DNA from: Podarcis gaigeae | Lineage: Eukaryota | NCBI GenBank assembly: GCA_964106915.2 | Contig: OZ066919.1 | Strand: one strand, 5' to 3' | Length of the DNA stretch: 64,000 bases | Shown here: one piece after another, positions 48,921-62,307 of the stretch | Numbering within the stretch: the first letter of the stretch is position 1 | Layout: the number at the start of each line of letters is the position of its first letter | The notes under the pieces: model-generated | Seen by the model: only the letters and a program-made list of their open reading frames with translations | Databases searched by the model: none | What the model was told of the DNA's origin: nothing | Program-made: the position numbers and the translations under genes

Positions 48921-51879
48921 ATTGTTATGAGTGATGGAAACGGCTTGGAAATACCAAAACATTTGCCAATGTTTTCATAAAGATAGTTCAGAGGTGCACT
49001 TAGATGACTCTGGATTAATGGTCTTCACAGTGGTGTCTCCTTAGATGGCTAATGTGTATTATTTCCCTTCAATTGATCTTAGAGGGTCCCCTCTCTTCTA
49101 GATGTAGGGTAGGTGGGCAAAATAGCCTTATGGGCCAAATTGGGAGATCTGGTGGGTGAAATGAGGCTCGCAAGGTCCCGTATCTCTGCTTTGCTTGCTT
49201 CAACATGTGGGTGACCTAGGCCTGCTGCTTTGGGTGACCTTCAGAGTGGCTCAGAATGGGACCCTGGAAGTCTGTCCCCAAAGTCCTTCCCAAATGGCAC
49301 CACTCAGTTAAACCCCAAATTGTGTATGTTTGCGTGCCCATTTATGACCATGTGGATTCATCTGAGAAACTCATATCAGATGCCTGCATACGGTTAATTA
49401 CCATGACTAATAGCTGTTGATAAATTTCTTTTTGTTCCATATGCTTGCCACGGAACACCCCAGCACTCTGGGACCCTACTGAGATTTAAGGATCCCACAG
49501 TTACCTATTTTGGAGTCTTTCGGTCAATGCTGCCATCTGCTTTACAAGACCAAGAAGTGATTTTGAAAAGAAAATCCTACAAATGGGATTTGGTTGTGTG
49601 TTTTCACATATGTCCTGGAATCACACTTAATATGTCCAGACTTCATAAATCTCCTCATTAACAACTGATTAAATGACAGACTTGTCCTGTGCTAAATAAT
49701 TTCATTTCACAAGACTCTTGTAAATCTCTACCCCCACAGGACCTGAATGAATGAATGTTCAGATACATATCTTATCTTGCCAGCAGATGTGTTCATTCAT
49801 AGTTCTGTTCACTTTTCAAAAACCTTTCTGTCAATGGGCCTCTTCAAAGATCTGTGGAGTCACGTATATTGCCAAGGAACAGAGCTTGCAAAAAACTCTC
49901 ATTTTCTCTTTTCTGGTGGTCTGAATCGCTTCGGCGATAACAACATTTCTACTTCTTATTGTCTTCCAGTTCATTGTTCGCATCTCTCATAAGTGCTACC
50001 ATGTACCCTAAATACAAATAATACTAGCGATGGGAATCTGTTTTAAACACTTCTTATGCTGCTCTCTGGTTATCTATTTTATGGATTTCTCCAAGGAGCT
50101 AGAAAGAGTCATCACTGCAATTGGATTTATCTCAAATATAATGTTTTGAAAAAGTCCTGTCCAAGACCTCTGCTACTGTAAAGGGAGGTGGAGAACAGGT
50201 AGCCTTTCAGATGTTACCAAACTCAAACTCCTGTTAGCCCCAGCCAGCATGGCCAATGGTTAGAGATGAGAGGAGCAACATATCAAGGACCACAGGTTCT
50301 CCACTCCCAAAGTATTCAGACATTAAATTAGCTCTTTAAAAAGAAGAAGAAGTAATGTATTGAACTGGACCATGGCAGAACATATTACATGAGTTTAACT
50401 GATATGTGGACCACTTAAAAATTTTTACCCTTTCGATGGGAATGTGGACTAATATTTTTGGCGTGTTATATAACTTGGCTGTGTGGTATGGGGTGAAAGG
50501 TATCCAGAAGGATACAGGGGCAGTAAAATGTCTTTTAATGCTAGTGATGGAGTGGAAGGAAAAGATATGAGAATCATTTTGGAGACCTTTGCACATAGAG
50601 TAAATTCACGTTGAAAAAAGAAGATCATGGGACGCCCTTTCATGTAGAGTGAAGTAGGGGACACAATGCCAAGAATCCCCTGGAATTGTTTTGTTCTCTG
50701 AGGGGATGGGCCCCCATGGACAGTATCTTGCCTAAGGGCCCACCAAAGCCAAGAGCTGACGCTGTTCCACAGGCAGTGTACATAGACTAGAAACCTTGTT
50801 TACAGGCATAGGATACAGGGGTAGATTGTAAAGGATACAGAATCTGGTGTTTTCTGTGGAATCTGTTAAACTAAGTTGACAGAAAGGGCTGACAATCTGG
50901 TCTACAGATTGCTCAAGAATGATGCCCCTGGGTTATAGAATGGTGGAAAAAATGCAAGATCTTTCATATCAAGCAGGTTGTATTGCTGTTCAGCCGGGCT
51001 GCTTTAAATGTCTGAGAGGCTCCTTGCTGAAGCCAGGCAAGATTTTCTCATTTTGAATAATATCTGTTTCATTTCCTGCTTCTTTTGTACTTCTTCCAGC
51101 ATCCCATGGCTCTTGTCTGTCGTCTTTTCACCTGATCCTTTGACCCTTTCTTAAGAGTTCCCCTACAGTTGCTCTGCGTCTAGCTAATGTCTTCCTGACA
51201 CGTCGGATGGCTTCTCTAGCCATACATGGGGACTCTCTGACCTCAGCTCTCCTAGGCTTTGTGTGATGCATTGCTCCCTGAAGCCATCTCTAGCGCTTCT
51301 CATTTTCAACATTTCTCAGGCAGCTTCATCTTGACATCTGCTCCAGCAGATCTCCAAAGGGGTCTTGCGCAGTTGAGTTGTAAATAGCTGACTTTTGTGT
51401 AGAAGACGGAGTGCCTCTGTAGCTTTATAAATAACACGGCGTGCATCCCAAAACTACCCCACTGCGGTCAATCCAAACAAGCCAGAAAGGGGATCTGTTT
51501 AGATCATCAGCTTTTCCTTAGTTGACTGACAAAGGAATGGATTTGGCACCCCTTTTTCAAATGGCAATTCCATCACCTGTAAAGCAGTAACGTCTCAGAT
51601 CTGGACTGTTCCTATGAATTTGATTCCATAAGTATTCTCGGTAATGGAAGGACAGTGGATCCTTCGCTGTTCTTTTATTTATACAGACTGAAGGTGTTTG
51701 ATTACTGGCAAGAATGCAGTGCATAAAAGGGTAAGGTAATACGGGAAGCTTGGCACATGCTTCCTGAGCCCAGATGGATGCTGAGATAAACAAATATGTA
51801 CTGCATTTATTTCCCCAATCTTTTTCTTTCCTAACTACTTCTTCATTTTTTAAAATTATATTTCCCAACTTACAAATGT

Positions 51880-52385
51880 ACAAAACACAGACCAAACACT
51901 GGCCCAATGGCCTCTAGCTGCCAATTCATCTCTGGTCTCAATTCAAAGTTCTTTGTTTTGACTTATAAAGCCTTATGCGGCTCAGAACCCCAATATCTCA
52001 AGGGCTACCTCTCCCCACACAAACTGACCCTGGAGCCTGTCGTTGTCATCTGAGGCCCTTCTCCATGTTCCCTCCTCTGGAGGAGGTTCAGAGGTTGGCA
52101 GAAAGGGCCTTTATAGTGGTGGCTCCCTGCTTATGGGATGCTTTTTCCCCAGGGAGGCTTGCCTGTCACCATCTTTATCCATTTTTAGGTACCAGGCAAA
52201 AACTTTTTCATCAGAGCCCCTTTTCTGCATGCCTCTTCAGAGGTCAGCAACACAAGATTGTGGCCCATTTCAGTGTCCCACCCTCGCCCTGCTTGTGGAA
52301 TGGCCTCTCTGGGGAAACGTGGTTAGACATTGTTACTGTCAGTTTAAGCACCAGGCTAAGACATTTTTATTTACCCATGCCTTTA
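51880..52385 (+). mobile_element. L2 LINE 3' fragment(s)
   Basis: caattcaaagttc...gacttataaagcctta (QFKV..TYKAL) and RAFIVVAPCLW. The 3' segment appears twice. Confidence 0.7.
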
Positions 52386-52959
52386 TCACTTAAGCCTACC
52401 TCTACAAGGGTAGAATAAGCTCAGTTTCTATACTTAAAACAAACCACTCAAACCATATTAAAACACCTTCTTATTTGGGACTAGAACCTCTTCTTCACCT
52501 TTGTCTTTCGGCAGGTAACACTTCACCTCATCCTTGTAAGTAGCCTTAAAATACTCGTTTTTGTATGTGCCTGTTAGTTACAGTACTAAGGAAGATGCGT
52601 AAATGATTCACCACTGTATATGGGATAAGAACTACTTATTCCTGTGGAGAAGCCATCATTGATAAAGGATGTAAGTAAGGAGCAAAGCACGCTTTGTGTT
52701 CGTTTGGGTTTCTGTTTTATTAGGATTCAAGCTCAGTTTATTGGCCTTCGTCCAGCCTACCACTGTGCCCGGGCTCCAGTCCAGTTCCTGCACAGCTACA
52801 ACTGGTTCAGATGTTATGGAGAAACAGAATCGGGCGTCACCAGCATATTGATGACATCATGTTCCAAATCCCCAAATGACTGCCCCCAGCAACTTCATAT
52901 GAGGTTAAATAGCATTGGCAGCAGGATCATCCCTGCAGAACTCCACAGCATAACTGAAG

Positions 52960-53100
52960 AGAGATCCCTCAAGGCTACTTGATGTCCAGGAATGGATGTT
53001 CCTGATACCTATCTTACAGAACTGGTCCAGGTGGATTCCATGGTTGATGGCATCAAAAGGCACAGTGAGATTTAGGAGGGAAAGCACATTCCTCAATACA
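52960..53100 (-). mobile_element. L2 LINE RT fragment, host of the MITE+SINE insertion
   Basis: LSLLNLTVPFDAINHGIHLDQF resembles the RT motif LLDLSAAFDTIDHGILL. Confidence 0.65.
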
Positions 53101-53106
53101 GTGGTA

Positions 53107-53469
53107 AAGGTAAAGGTAAAGGTACCCCTGCCCGTACGGGCCAGTCTTGACAGACTCTGGGGTTGTGCGCCCATCTCACTTAAGAGGCCAGGGGCCAGCG
53201 CTGTCCGGAGACACTTCCGGGTCACGTGGCCAGCGTGACATTGCTGCTCTGGCGAGCCAGAGCCGCACACGGAAACGCCGTTTACCTTCCCGCTGGTAAG
53301 CGGTCCCTATTTATCTACTTGCACCCAGAGGTGCTTTCGAACTGCTAGGTTGGCAGGCGCTGGGACCGAGCAGCGGGAGCGCACCCCGCCGCAGGGATTC
53401 GAACCGCCGACCTTTCGATCGGCAAGTCCTAGGCGCTGAGGCTTTAACCCACAGCGCCACCTGTGTCCC
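53107..53469 (-). mobile_element. Sauria SINE, young subfamily
   Basis: Full length. The TSD tcaatacagtggta duplicates the end of the adjacent MITE. Confidence 0.96.
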
Positions 53470-53475
53470 TCAATA

Positions 53476-53717
53476 CAGTGGTACCTCGGGTTAAGTACTT
53501 AATTTGTTCCGGAGGTCTGTTCTTAACCTGAAACTGTTCTTAACCTGAAGCACCACTTTAGCTAATGGGGCCTCCTGCTGCCACTGTGCCACTGGAGCAC
53601 GATTTCTGTTCTCATCCTGAAGCAAAGTTCTTAACCTGAAGCACTATTTCTGGGTTAGCGGAGTCTGTAACCTGAAGCGTATGTAACCTGAAGCGTATGT
53701 AACCTGAGGTACCACTG
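53476..53717. mobile_element. pogo/Tigger-like MITE (CAGTGGTACC family)
   Basis: TIRs and TA TSD. Reverse orientation relative to the 40188 copy. Confidence 0.95.
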
Positions 53718-54422
53718 TAAAGGCAATCCCACAGGGCCACCAAGGCTGATTTGATCCTGCAATTTCCCTGACACCACCCTCTCAGTCACTTTCCTTGAAA
53801 CTAGGATATTTACAGCTGTCACAAACTATTTAACTCAGGGTGGGTTCCTTTAGCAATGTCCATGCCACAGTTATCATTACTGGTCACTGTCCTGCTGCTG
53901 GTGGTGGTCCAAACAAGAGCATGATAGGAGATATTGGGGGCAGGATCTTAAGTCTCCATGTTCCACTAATAATGTCCAAACAACAACCTTCAACTACACC
54001 AGGCCAGGAACTGGCAAAGTAAATGGCATCCCATGGACCTTCTAGAAATAATGGAATGAAAAGGTAGGAAAATTGTGTTTCTCTTCCCTTTCCTCCCATT
54101 TCCTGCTTTGCAAATCAGTTGGAGGTTAGAAGGTGGTGGCGGCTCCAACACAGAATCCCCCCACCCTCATCTCTCTAAAGCACTCTTGTTTTTGATAAGA
54201 TGTCAGTTTAACCAGCGATAACAAATCCCAAACCTTATTCGCCTAGCCTGGTTTTACTTACTTTCTAAAATCTTGCTCATTTGATTCCAGCTGCAAACAG
54301 TCAATACATAATTGGCACATAGATAGTTGGGAGGTTTATAATAAGTTTAACAAACTTTAACAGGCAAAGTTTTGGTACTGATGTTCATTTGATTTTAGAC
54401 GTGTCCTTTATTATACCTGTAG

Positions 54423-54783
54423 GGGACGCAGGTGGCGCTGTGGGTTAAAGCCTCAGCGCCTAGGACTTGCCGATCAAAAGGTCGGCGGTTCGAATCCCTG
54501 CGGCGGGGTGCGCTCCCGCTGCTCGGTCCCAGCGCCTGCCAACCTAGCAGTTCGAAAGCACCTCCGGGTGCAAGTAGATAAATAGGGACCGCTTACCAGC
54601 GGGAAGGTAAACGGCGTTTCCGTGTGCGGCTCTGGCTCGCCAGAGCAGCGATGTCACGCTGGCCACGTGACCCGGAAGTGTCTCCGGACAGCGCTGGCCC
54701 CTGGCCTCTTGAGTGAGATGGGCGCACAACCCCAGAGTCTGGCAAGTCTGGCCCGTACGGGCAGGGGTACCTTTACCTTTTTA
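54423..54783 (+). mobile_element. Sauria SINE, young subfamily
   Basis: Full length with an exact 17-bp TSD CTTTATTATACCTGTAG. Confidence 0.97.
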
Positions 54784-57700
54784 CTTTATTATACCTGTAG
54801 CCATTTCTAAAAGTTTCTTGGTTGTTTTACATAGCCACCGGGTGTGAATAAAATCCCCCCTTGTTTTCAGACTTAGGACTCTACGCTAAAAGGGTTTGCC
54901 TTGTTGATTTATCTTGCCCCTTTATTATACAAACAAAGTGCTATAGAGAGAGTCCTGCCAATGAACTCTTAACAGCATTAGAATTACCAACATTCGCCTT
55001 TGTGAGCTCCCAATCACACGGGGCACTGGAGCTAGTGACACATTGGTGCTTGTTAACTCGAAATCTTCTTTGTTTTACTTTTTTTTTTTGGCGATACATT
55101 TTCCAGAAAACTCCCATAGGAGCAATGGGTCAGTTGCTTCCGTATTGCATTTTAGGAGACTCACATTATTAGCGTTCCAGTCTATATATTATGAAATTAA
55201 GTAGATACCCTGGAGGTTAATTTCTTATTGTAAATGTAATGAAAGGAAAGACTTTCCTGCCCTTGATATAAAATCTATAGCTCTTAAATTCTACAAGTCT
55301 TCATGATTTCTTGAGCAGGAGGAGTATTCTTGGACGGCATACATTTCTACAGTGTCCAGAATCAGTAGAATTCTTTTTATTTTTAAAAAGGAGCAATTAC
55401 AAGCGGAGGTGCCAGCTTCTCAAAAACATTGTGGAGGCCCAACACGACATCCTGGTGTCACAGGCAGGGCATCACATGACTTTATGTGGAGTCACGGGGC
55501 AGAGTTGAACACAGTGGTAGCACGGCCCCAGCGGCCAGTGGACCCCATCCTCCTCTCCCCCTGCCACACATTGGAAAGTTGGGGAAAACCGCCTCCAGCC
55601 AGTGGCAGCAGAAACAACAAGACCCACTGAGCCACACTCTGCATTTGTCCTCTGAACAATGGGGGTCCTGACCCCCTAAGAAAACATTGGGGGGAGGCCA
55701 AAGTGCCTCAGCCCCTAGGAGTTGGCACCTATGCTTACAAGTCAGAGTTAACTTGGCTTCTTGAAATTCTCTATTTCTGAGCAGAGAAACTAGGGAACCA
55801 TTTCACAAAATTTATCTGGGCCGAGGAGAAATTCTCTAATGGTTTCACAGGGATGTGATTCACCATGAGCAGGTTCAGGAGCACAGCTTTTTTCTCTTTT
55901 CCTTCTTAAGGGTTTTTGTTTTTTGTTTCGGTGCGCTACTGCTGCCTGACAACCTGTTGCCAGCCTGGCCACCATTTTGCCTCCTCCACTGTGCCCCGGA
56001 TCTAGGCTCATTCTGCATGGGGGAAAGGGTGGCAGCCAAAATAAATGGTTGATAATATGATAATTGGAGAAAACTCTGCAAAGCAACCTCTTTTAACAGG
56101 ATGGGGAGAATGGGGGGGGGGGTCCACCTCAGGAATTTTCTCAACAAATGTTTTCTGAGAAATTTCAGCTCAGCTCTACAGTTATCCAATGACGTTCACT
56201 CAGATCCTCCTCCTCCTGACCATGGGGTGCTTTTAAGTAGTTGGACGTATATCTTGTTACAGGCCACCCCAATTTCTGCCAAGTGGTAGCAAGGGTCTAG
56301 GGGTCATGACACTTAACCATGTCCTTTGGACTGAGGCACAGCGGAAACAAGTGCCTTTGAGGAATATGGTTTATTTTACACATATTTTCAACCTGGGTTT
56401 TGATGGAGGGAATGCAGAACGTTACACCCCAAGAGTGTTTCTTGTTGCTCCTCTCGTAGCTTCATCAAGCAGCAGCCACTCATGCTTTTGGTGCAGCCTC
56501 TCCTAGCCAGCTGACCGTTCCTTTTATCCTTCCCCCAAACCCTCACTCAAAAACCTCAGTTTGAAAGGACACAGTTATTTTTGTGGCGGCATCACACCCC
56601 CTGTTACCCTGGCAACCTCCCCCTCCCAACTCTGCTCTTGTCTTTTGCTAATTCACACACACATACACACACAGCTGAGGGAGGAACCTTCTTGTCTGAC
56701 GCCAAATGTCTCACCTTTTGTCAGGGTAATGACTCTGCCATCACCTGCCTTTGTTCTTTGGCGCCACCACTCCAAGACAAGCTTCTTGAGGAAGCTGGCT
56801 TGACTTACTTTTCTTCTTCTTCTTTAAGGCTTTGCTAAACCCCTTGATCAAACCCCACATTTACTAATTTGAGAAACTATGAGGAGAACCAATCACCCAG
56901 GAATTTTCAGAGGATCCTTTCCCGCCCTCAGACCTATAGCACTATGGACACGCAGTCTGGATGTAGCCCCAAAGTGTCTGGGATTGCTCACTTGGGAGAT
57001 GCACAGCTTCCATCTGTTGCATGCTGACTGACACCAGGTCTCCAGGATTCAAAATGGGGAACATTTCCAGCTGTATCCAGACATGCTGGTGATTAATCTG
57101 GAGAGCTTTTTATATATATAAAGCAGGTCCCATGTAACACTTCCCTCTCCTTTTTAAGGAGCCATGGTTGCATGTCACCTTAATTCCACTTTAATCAGAC
57201 ATTTTTCTAGGGTAGTTGCATTAGAAATATGCTGAAGTGTGGCCCCTCCTACAGGAAGTACCCACTGGTGTGCTCCCACAACTCTGGTCCTCCTCTTCTG
57301 CCTCATGTTAAGTGGCAACATCTTCACTGATGGGGAGGCCAGGTGAATGGCAATGTCCATCCCTACCAGTCGTTACTGGCATTGCAAAATCAGCACTATG
57401 AAATTCTACATAGTGCGGTGAGATTTTGGGGGCTGTAGTCTAGGACTGGATGCGTACCTTGAGAAAGGAGTGGTATACAACCTGCAAAGGTAGGTGGGTG
57501 TGGGTGGGAGAGCTTTCAGCATCAAATTTTAACATTTGACATTGTGTTTTGTATTGTTATCATCCCTGACATTTGCTGCTTTGTGAAGAGATTCTCCTGA
57601 AAAGTAGGACAAGAAACAACAGCTATTAAATGAATTATACAATAAAATATAGCCAGCGAGAAAATATACTTTAATACATCTATCCATTTTCAGTAAACAA

Positions 57701-59278
57701 TTTCCCCTCCCGGTGTAAAGTTTTCTGTTTGCTTCAACTAACTTTTAGCTCTAAGGGCAGGGGGGACTTCATTTATATAAAAGGATAGAATCCATTTAAA
57801 ACTCACTATTTGATATGAGAATCCTTTAGCTGCTGTTGTTCCTAGTAGCACCTCAGATGACTTCAATAGAGCAAGTTGAGAAAACAAAACAAGACTTTTC
57901 TCTATTTTCAGGGTCTTTACTATGTGTCTCTGACAGCATTTTATATCTACTCGGTTTCAACAATCCTTCTGTAATAGGTAGTTTCCTTCTTCTGCCATAA
58001 CAAGTGGCGGGGGGGGGGGGGGGGAGAGAAGCATTTCTATACAGGGAAGGTTAGGGAAAATGTAACCGTGAAGCCAATAAGACCACAATTCTCCATACTT
58101 ATCCCAATGATAATCACAGCTGCTACTCTAGAGCAAGTGGCGCGAAAGTTACAATGTTAGGCCATGACCTGCCATTTTGGGATTAGCCTTGGAAGAGTTC
58201 ATTTGACTTTAGTGGGGTTCAGATGGGAATATTTGGAAGCAAGCCAGGAGAGCTTTACTGTCTAAATATGTCAGTGAGGCTCATAGGTATAAGTGGCCCA
58301 GACCTAAGGCTTAGTGACTCAGTAAGCAAATGGCTGATTAAAATAGGTCTTCTAATTGCCTCAGAAACATGTTACAGAAATGTTGCAGAGATACGATGAC
58401 AGTTTCGTGCATCCTGACATGCTGATGCCAGAAATTTGGATCAAGGGACCAAATTATTGAAATCACTTTTGGCAAGCATTGTATGCTTACACTACTGACA
58501 GTCCAAAAAAAAGCAAGAGGAAGTAAAAGAGGGGCATCAAAATGGAGGCAACCAGAACGTGAAATCTCAGGCCCCAATTTGCACTACACAATCAAAGCTG
58601 CCTCATACTGTTTTATCATGCCCCCCCCCCCCAAATCCTGGGAACCGCAGTATCTTAAAGGGCTTGAGACTTGTTAGGAGACCTCTATTCCCTTCACATA
58701 ACTACAATTCCCAGAGTCCTCTAGAAAGAAGGATTAATTGTTAAACTACTCAAGAGAATTTCCGCTTTTATCAATACATAATCAGTACTGCTGGAAGGGA
58801 GTACTTTTCATGGCATGTGAATGTTTGTGGAATTGCCCTAACCCTTTTGATTCAAATCTACATGGCACTACTGAATATCTCTGTAAAAGATAATGAGTAT
58901 CAAGATTATGGTATAAAACATAAATTTAAATGGTTGAACCCCATGGATCCACAGGCCCTTCTTCTTTCTCATTGCAAAGGCTTGTCTCTTTTTTCAGTGC
59001 CTGTGTGTGCAAATAAATGAATCGGGAATCCTGCGGAAGTGAGAGGTTGAAATAAGCATCAAACACACACAAGGCTATGGGTCCTGGAGAAGTATTTCAT
59101 TTAAATTTAGAGGCATTAGCCTGGTAAAGCCGGGACAGTTTTGTATGAACCAACTTTGTGATTCTACAAAACAACTGATAATCTTGTTTAATTTCATTGG
59201 TTGTGTAGGCAAACAAACCAAAAATATGAATGAGATTGGTTACTGAACAGAATTGCTTTAAGTGACATTTGAAACATA

Positions 59279-59615
59279 AAGTAAAGGTAAAGGGACCCCT
59301 GACCATTAGGGGTTGCGGCACTCATCTTGCTTTATTGGCCGAGGGAGCTGGCATATAGCTTCCGGGTGTCATGTGTCCAGCATGACTAAGCCGCTTCTAG
59401 CGAACCAGAGCAGCGCACAGAAACGCCGTTTACCTTCCCGCCGGAGCGGTACGTATTTATCTACTTGCACTTTGCCGTGCTTTCAAACTGCTAGGTGGGC
59501 AGGAGCAGGGAGCGAGCAACAGGAGCTCACCCTGTTGCGGGGATTCGAACCGTCGACCTTCTGATCGGCAAGTCCTAGGCTCTGTGGTTTAACCCACAGC
59601 GCCACTCGCGTCCCT
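59279..59615 (-). mobile_element. Sauria SINE
   Basis: 12-bp TSD ATTTGAAACATA. Head and tail present. Confidence 0.94.
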
Positions 59616-59966
59616 ATTTGAAACATAGTGCCACTTTATTTCTCTCCTGGAGACGCCACATTACATGACTAAACCAAGGTATTAACAAGAAAGCAAGTGA
59701 GTCACAGAGTTCTAATGATTAGTTGTGCTTACTGTTTAGTCAGTGTCCAGGCCCTGTAACTTTGTTTACATATATGATGGAAAAGGTTTCATTTATCACA
59801 GCTGCTTATAAGTTGCCCCAAATCAAATTGGGATTAGATGACGACTGATGAGCTCTGGAACTAGAAAATTAGAGCAAAAAATTGGAAATCATTGAACAAT
59901 AAAATGGCAAGCAGCACTCTGCTTTCCACCATTTTCACTGTGACTTTTGCTAATCAATGTGTAGTA

Positions 59967-60184
59967 CAGTGGTACCTCGAGTTACAGATACTTAAGGTTA
60001 CAGACGCTTCAGGTTACAGACTCCACTAACCCAGAAATAGTACCTCAGGTGCTTCAGGATGAGAACAGAAATCGCGTGGCAGCAGGAGACCCCATTGGCT
60101 AAAGTGGTACCTCAGGTTAAGAACAGTTTCAGGTTAAGAGCAGACCTCCAGAACGAATTAAGTTCTTAACCCGAGGTACCACTG
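59967..60184. mobile_element. pogo/Tigger-like MITE (CAGTGGTACC family)
   Basis: TA|cagtggtacctcg...cgaggtaccactg|TA. Confidence 0.93.
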
Positions 60185-61895
60185 TAGCACTATCATGTTA
60201 TTGATGGAAATGGAAATGCACTGTGGACAGATCCCCACAAGGGCTTTAGCTGTAGCAATATCCTGTAGAAGACAAGAGAGGGCCACTATCTAAAAAGGAG
60301 GGAAGAGTATTTAAGAGAACAAAGTGGCATTACACAGCAGGACAAGAAACCTGGAAAGATGAATTCAGGATAAAAATTAACTGTGTTGTAGTATTTGTCC
60401 TATGTAAGCATTGAGAGTCATTGTGATCTAGTGGCTAGAGAGGTTAGTGGATAGATGGGCAGGAGTTGGTTTGGTCAGTTCAAACACACACATGCACACA
60501 GACCCCCTCCTCAACTTATCCCTAGTGATCATCTGAGAAGGGAGTTGCCACTCTCTGCCCACTAATGCAATGTTCAAGAGGATGAGGAGGGGCAATTTGC
60601 ACCCCTGCCAGGATGCTCCACAGGTGTTTTGTCCTGGGAGGCAAATACACACCAGGGGAAAAGGATTAACTGATGCCCCAAAGGACCCCGTTGCAGGGTT
60701 CCCAAAGAAAGATGCACAAAATGCCAGAACGATCAGTTCTGGTGCTTGATTACAGAGATCTATCAAGATACTTCCATACAGCAATGTCATGTGGGGTTCC
60801 TTGCTGCCACACCTCAGGATGGATGCGGAAGTGACAAGCACCATGGTTTTTCCCATTAGGGGCTGATATGTTAGCCATTACTTATACAAACGGCAAGCTA
60901 TGTAAGTTGGCAACAATGGTCCAATAACCCCTGGCTTGGAGGCTCCTTCCAGGGAGCTCTTTGGGATTGTGTTTGTGTGAGAGTGACCTGCAGACGCCTG
61001 GATCAGCAGAAGAAGCAGATACCTGGTCTGACTGGACTTTGGACCTGTTAGCCTATGAGGAAGCAGTGGGACTTGCAGCCAGATGTGGTTCAGGACAGGT
61101 GATGACCTTAGACTTCTTGTAGGTATTAATATGAAGTGGATGCACTTCAGTTATTTTGATGAAACAAAAGTTGTTTTTAAATATAAAAAAACCAAGCATC
61201 ACTTGAACTTTAAATGAAAAATCAGCTGAAACGCTGCATCCCCACCACCCCCTCACTTGAAGCTTGAAGTTAGATGCCCAAACTGAAGGCATGGGCATTA
61301 ACTTTCCAAATTATATGCATGGAGTAAAGAAAAAGAAATGGGAAAAGCAAAATCTAAGGGTGAAATATATTTGCTATAATGATTATTTTGTTTTTGTTTT
61401 TTAAAAACCTCTGAATAATAATAGGATAATAAATTTATGTAATTATCAATACTGTGTTTTTAATGAACAGCAAGCGGAAAGGAGAAGTTCAAAGTAAAGG
61501 GCAATGCTTGAGTGTTCATGGAGAGGGCAGGCATTATGGCATTTATCATGTTTCCTGTCTAAGGTTCAGGAGCTAATAACCACAAGCCGACATTTGCTTG
61601 ATAGTGGGGACGTAAGACACAAAATAAAACATTCTGCTTCAATTAAACCATCATTGACTTCCTCCCCCCAAGTAAATATACAGCCTTGCTCTGCAGTTTT
61701 CTTATGAACCTTCATTTGTTGTTCCAACAATTTGTAAAGTTTTAAGAGTTGTAAAGTTGTAAAATTGTAAAGACCTTGCAATTGAGCAATGGAACTTACT
61801 TCTAGGTAGTCAGGCATGGAATTGCAGCCTAAAAATCCCATTGTCACTTTGATTCCGAAACCATTTACCATTATTCAAAATTGTCCACTATGTAT

Positions 61896-61961
61896 GGATG
61901 TATAATGAGTGTATGTTTAATGAAAATTAATAAAAATTTATTGTAAAAAACAAAACAAAAA
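61896..61961 (+). mobile_element. Very short L1-type 3' tip
   Basis: 20-bp TSD caaaattgYccactatgtat, AATAAA and A-rich tail. Confidence 0.75.
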
Positions 61962-62307
61962 CAAAATTGCCCACTATGTATCCCAATGACTTAGGGGGTT
62001 AGGGTGCCGGTACTGTGCAAGACATGGCTTGAAAAGGAGCTTTGTTTGGTAATGGAGGATTACAGACCAAATTTAAAATAAAATGCCCACAACACAAAAA
62101 CCTAAACCTATGTGAAGCTGCAAAGAATGTCATCTTAATGTTCAGTACCAGAACAATCATATCTAACAGCCTCATTCTAAAAATATTTACTTGGAAGTAA
62201 GTAGGGTGCCAGATGGTTCATTTCCTTCATCAGAGTGGGTGAGATGGGGATTGTTTTCATGGTACAGACAAAACTCTCTAATAGCATGCATGTTTATTTT
62301 GAGATCA

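Noticed and set aside
58008-58024. Long G homopolymers (also ~12612, 15830, 36776)
   Set aside because: Common throughout the window with no specific context. Lengths are also unreliable in assemblies.
59845-59870. CTGATGA hammerhead-like core
   Set aside because: No supporting helix II/GAAA/helix I pairing.
60428-61130. 142-aa ORF and LTR-like texture
   Set aside because: No recognisable domain, TG..CA ends or TSD found.
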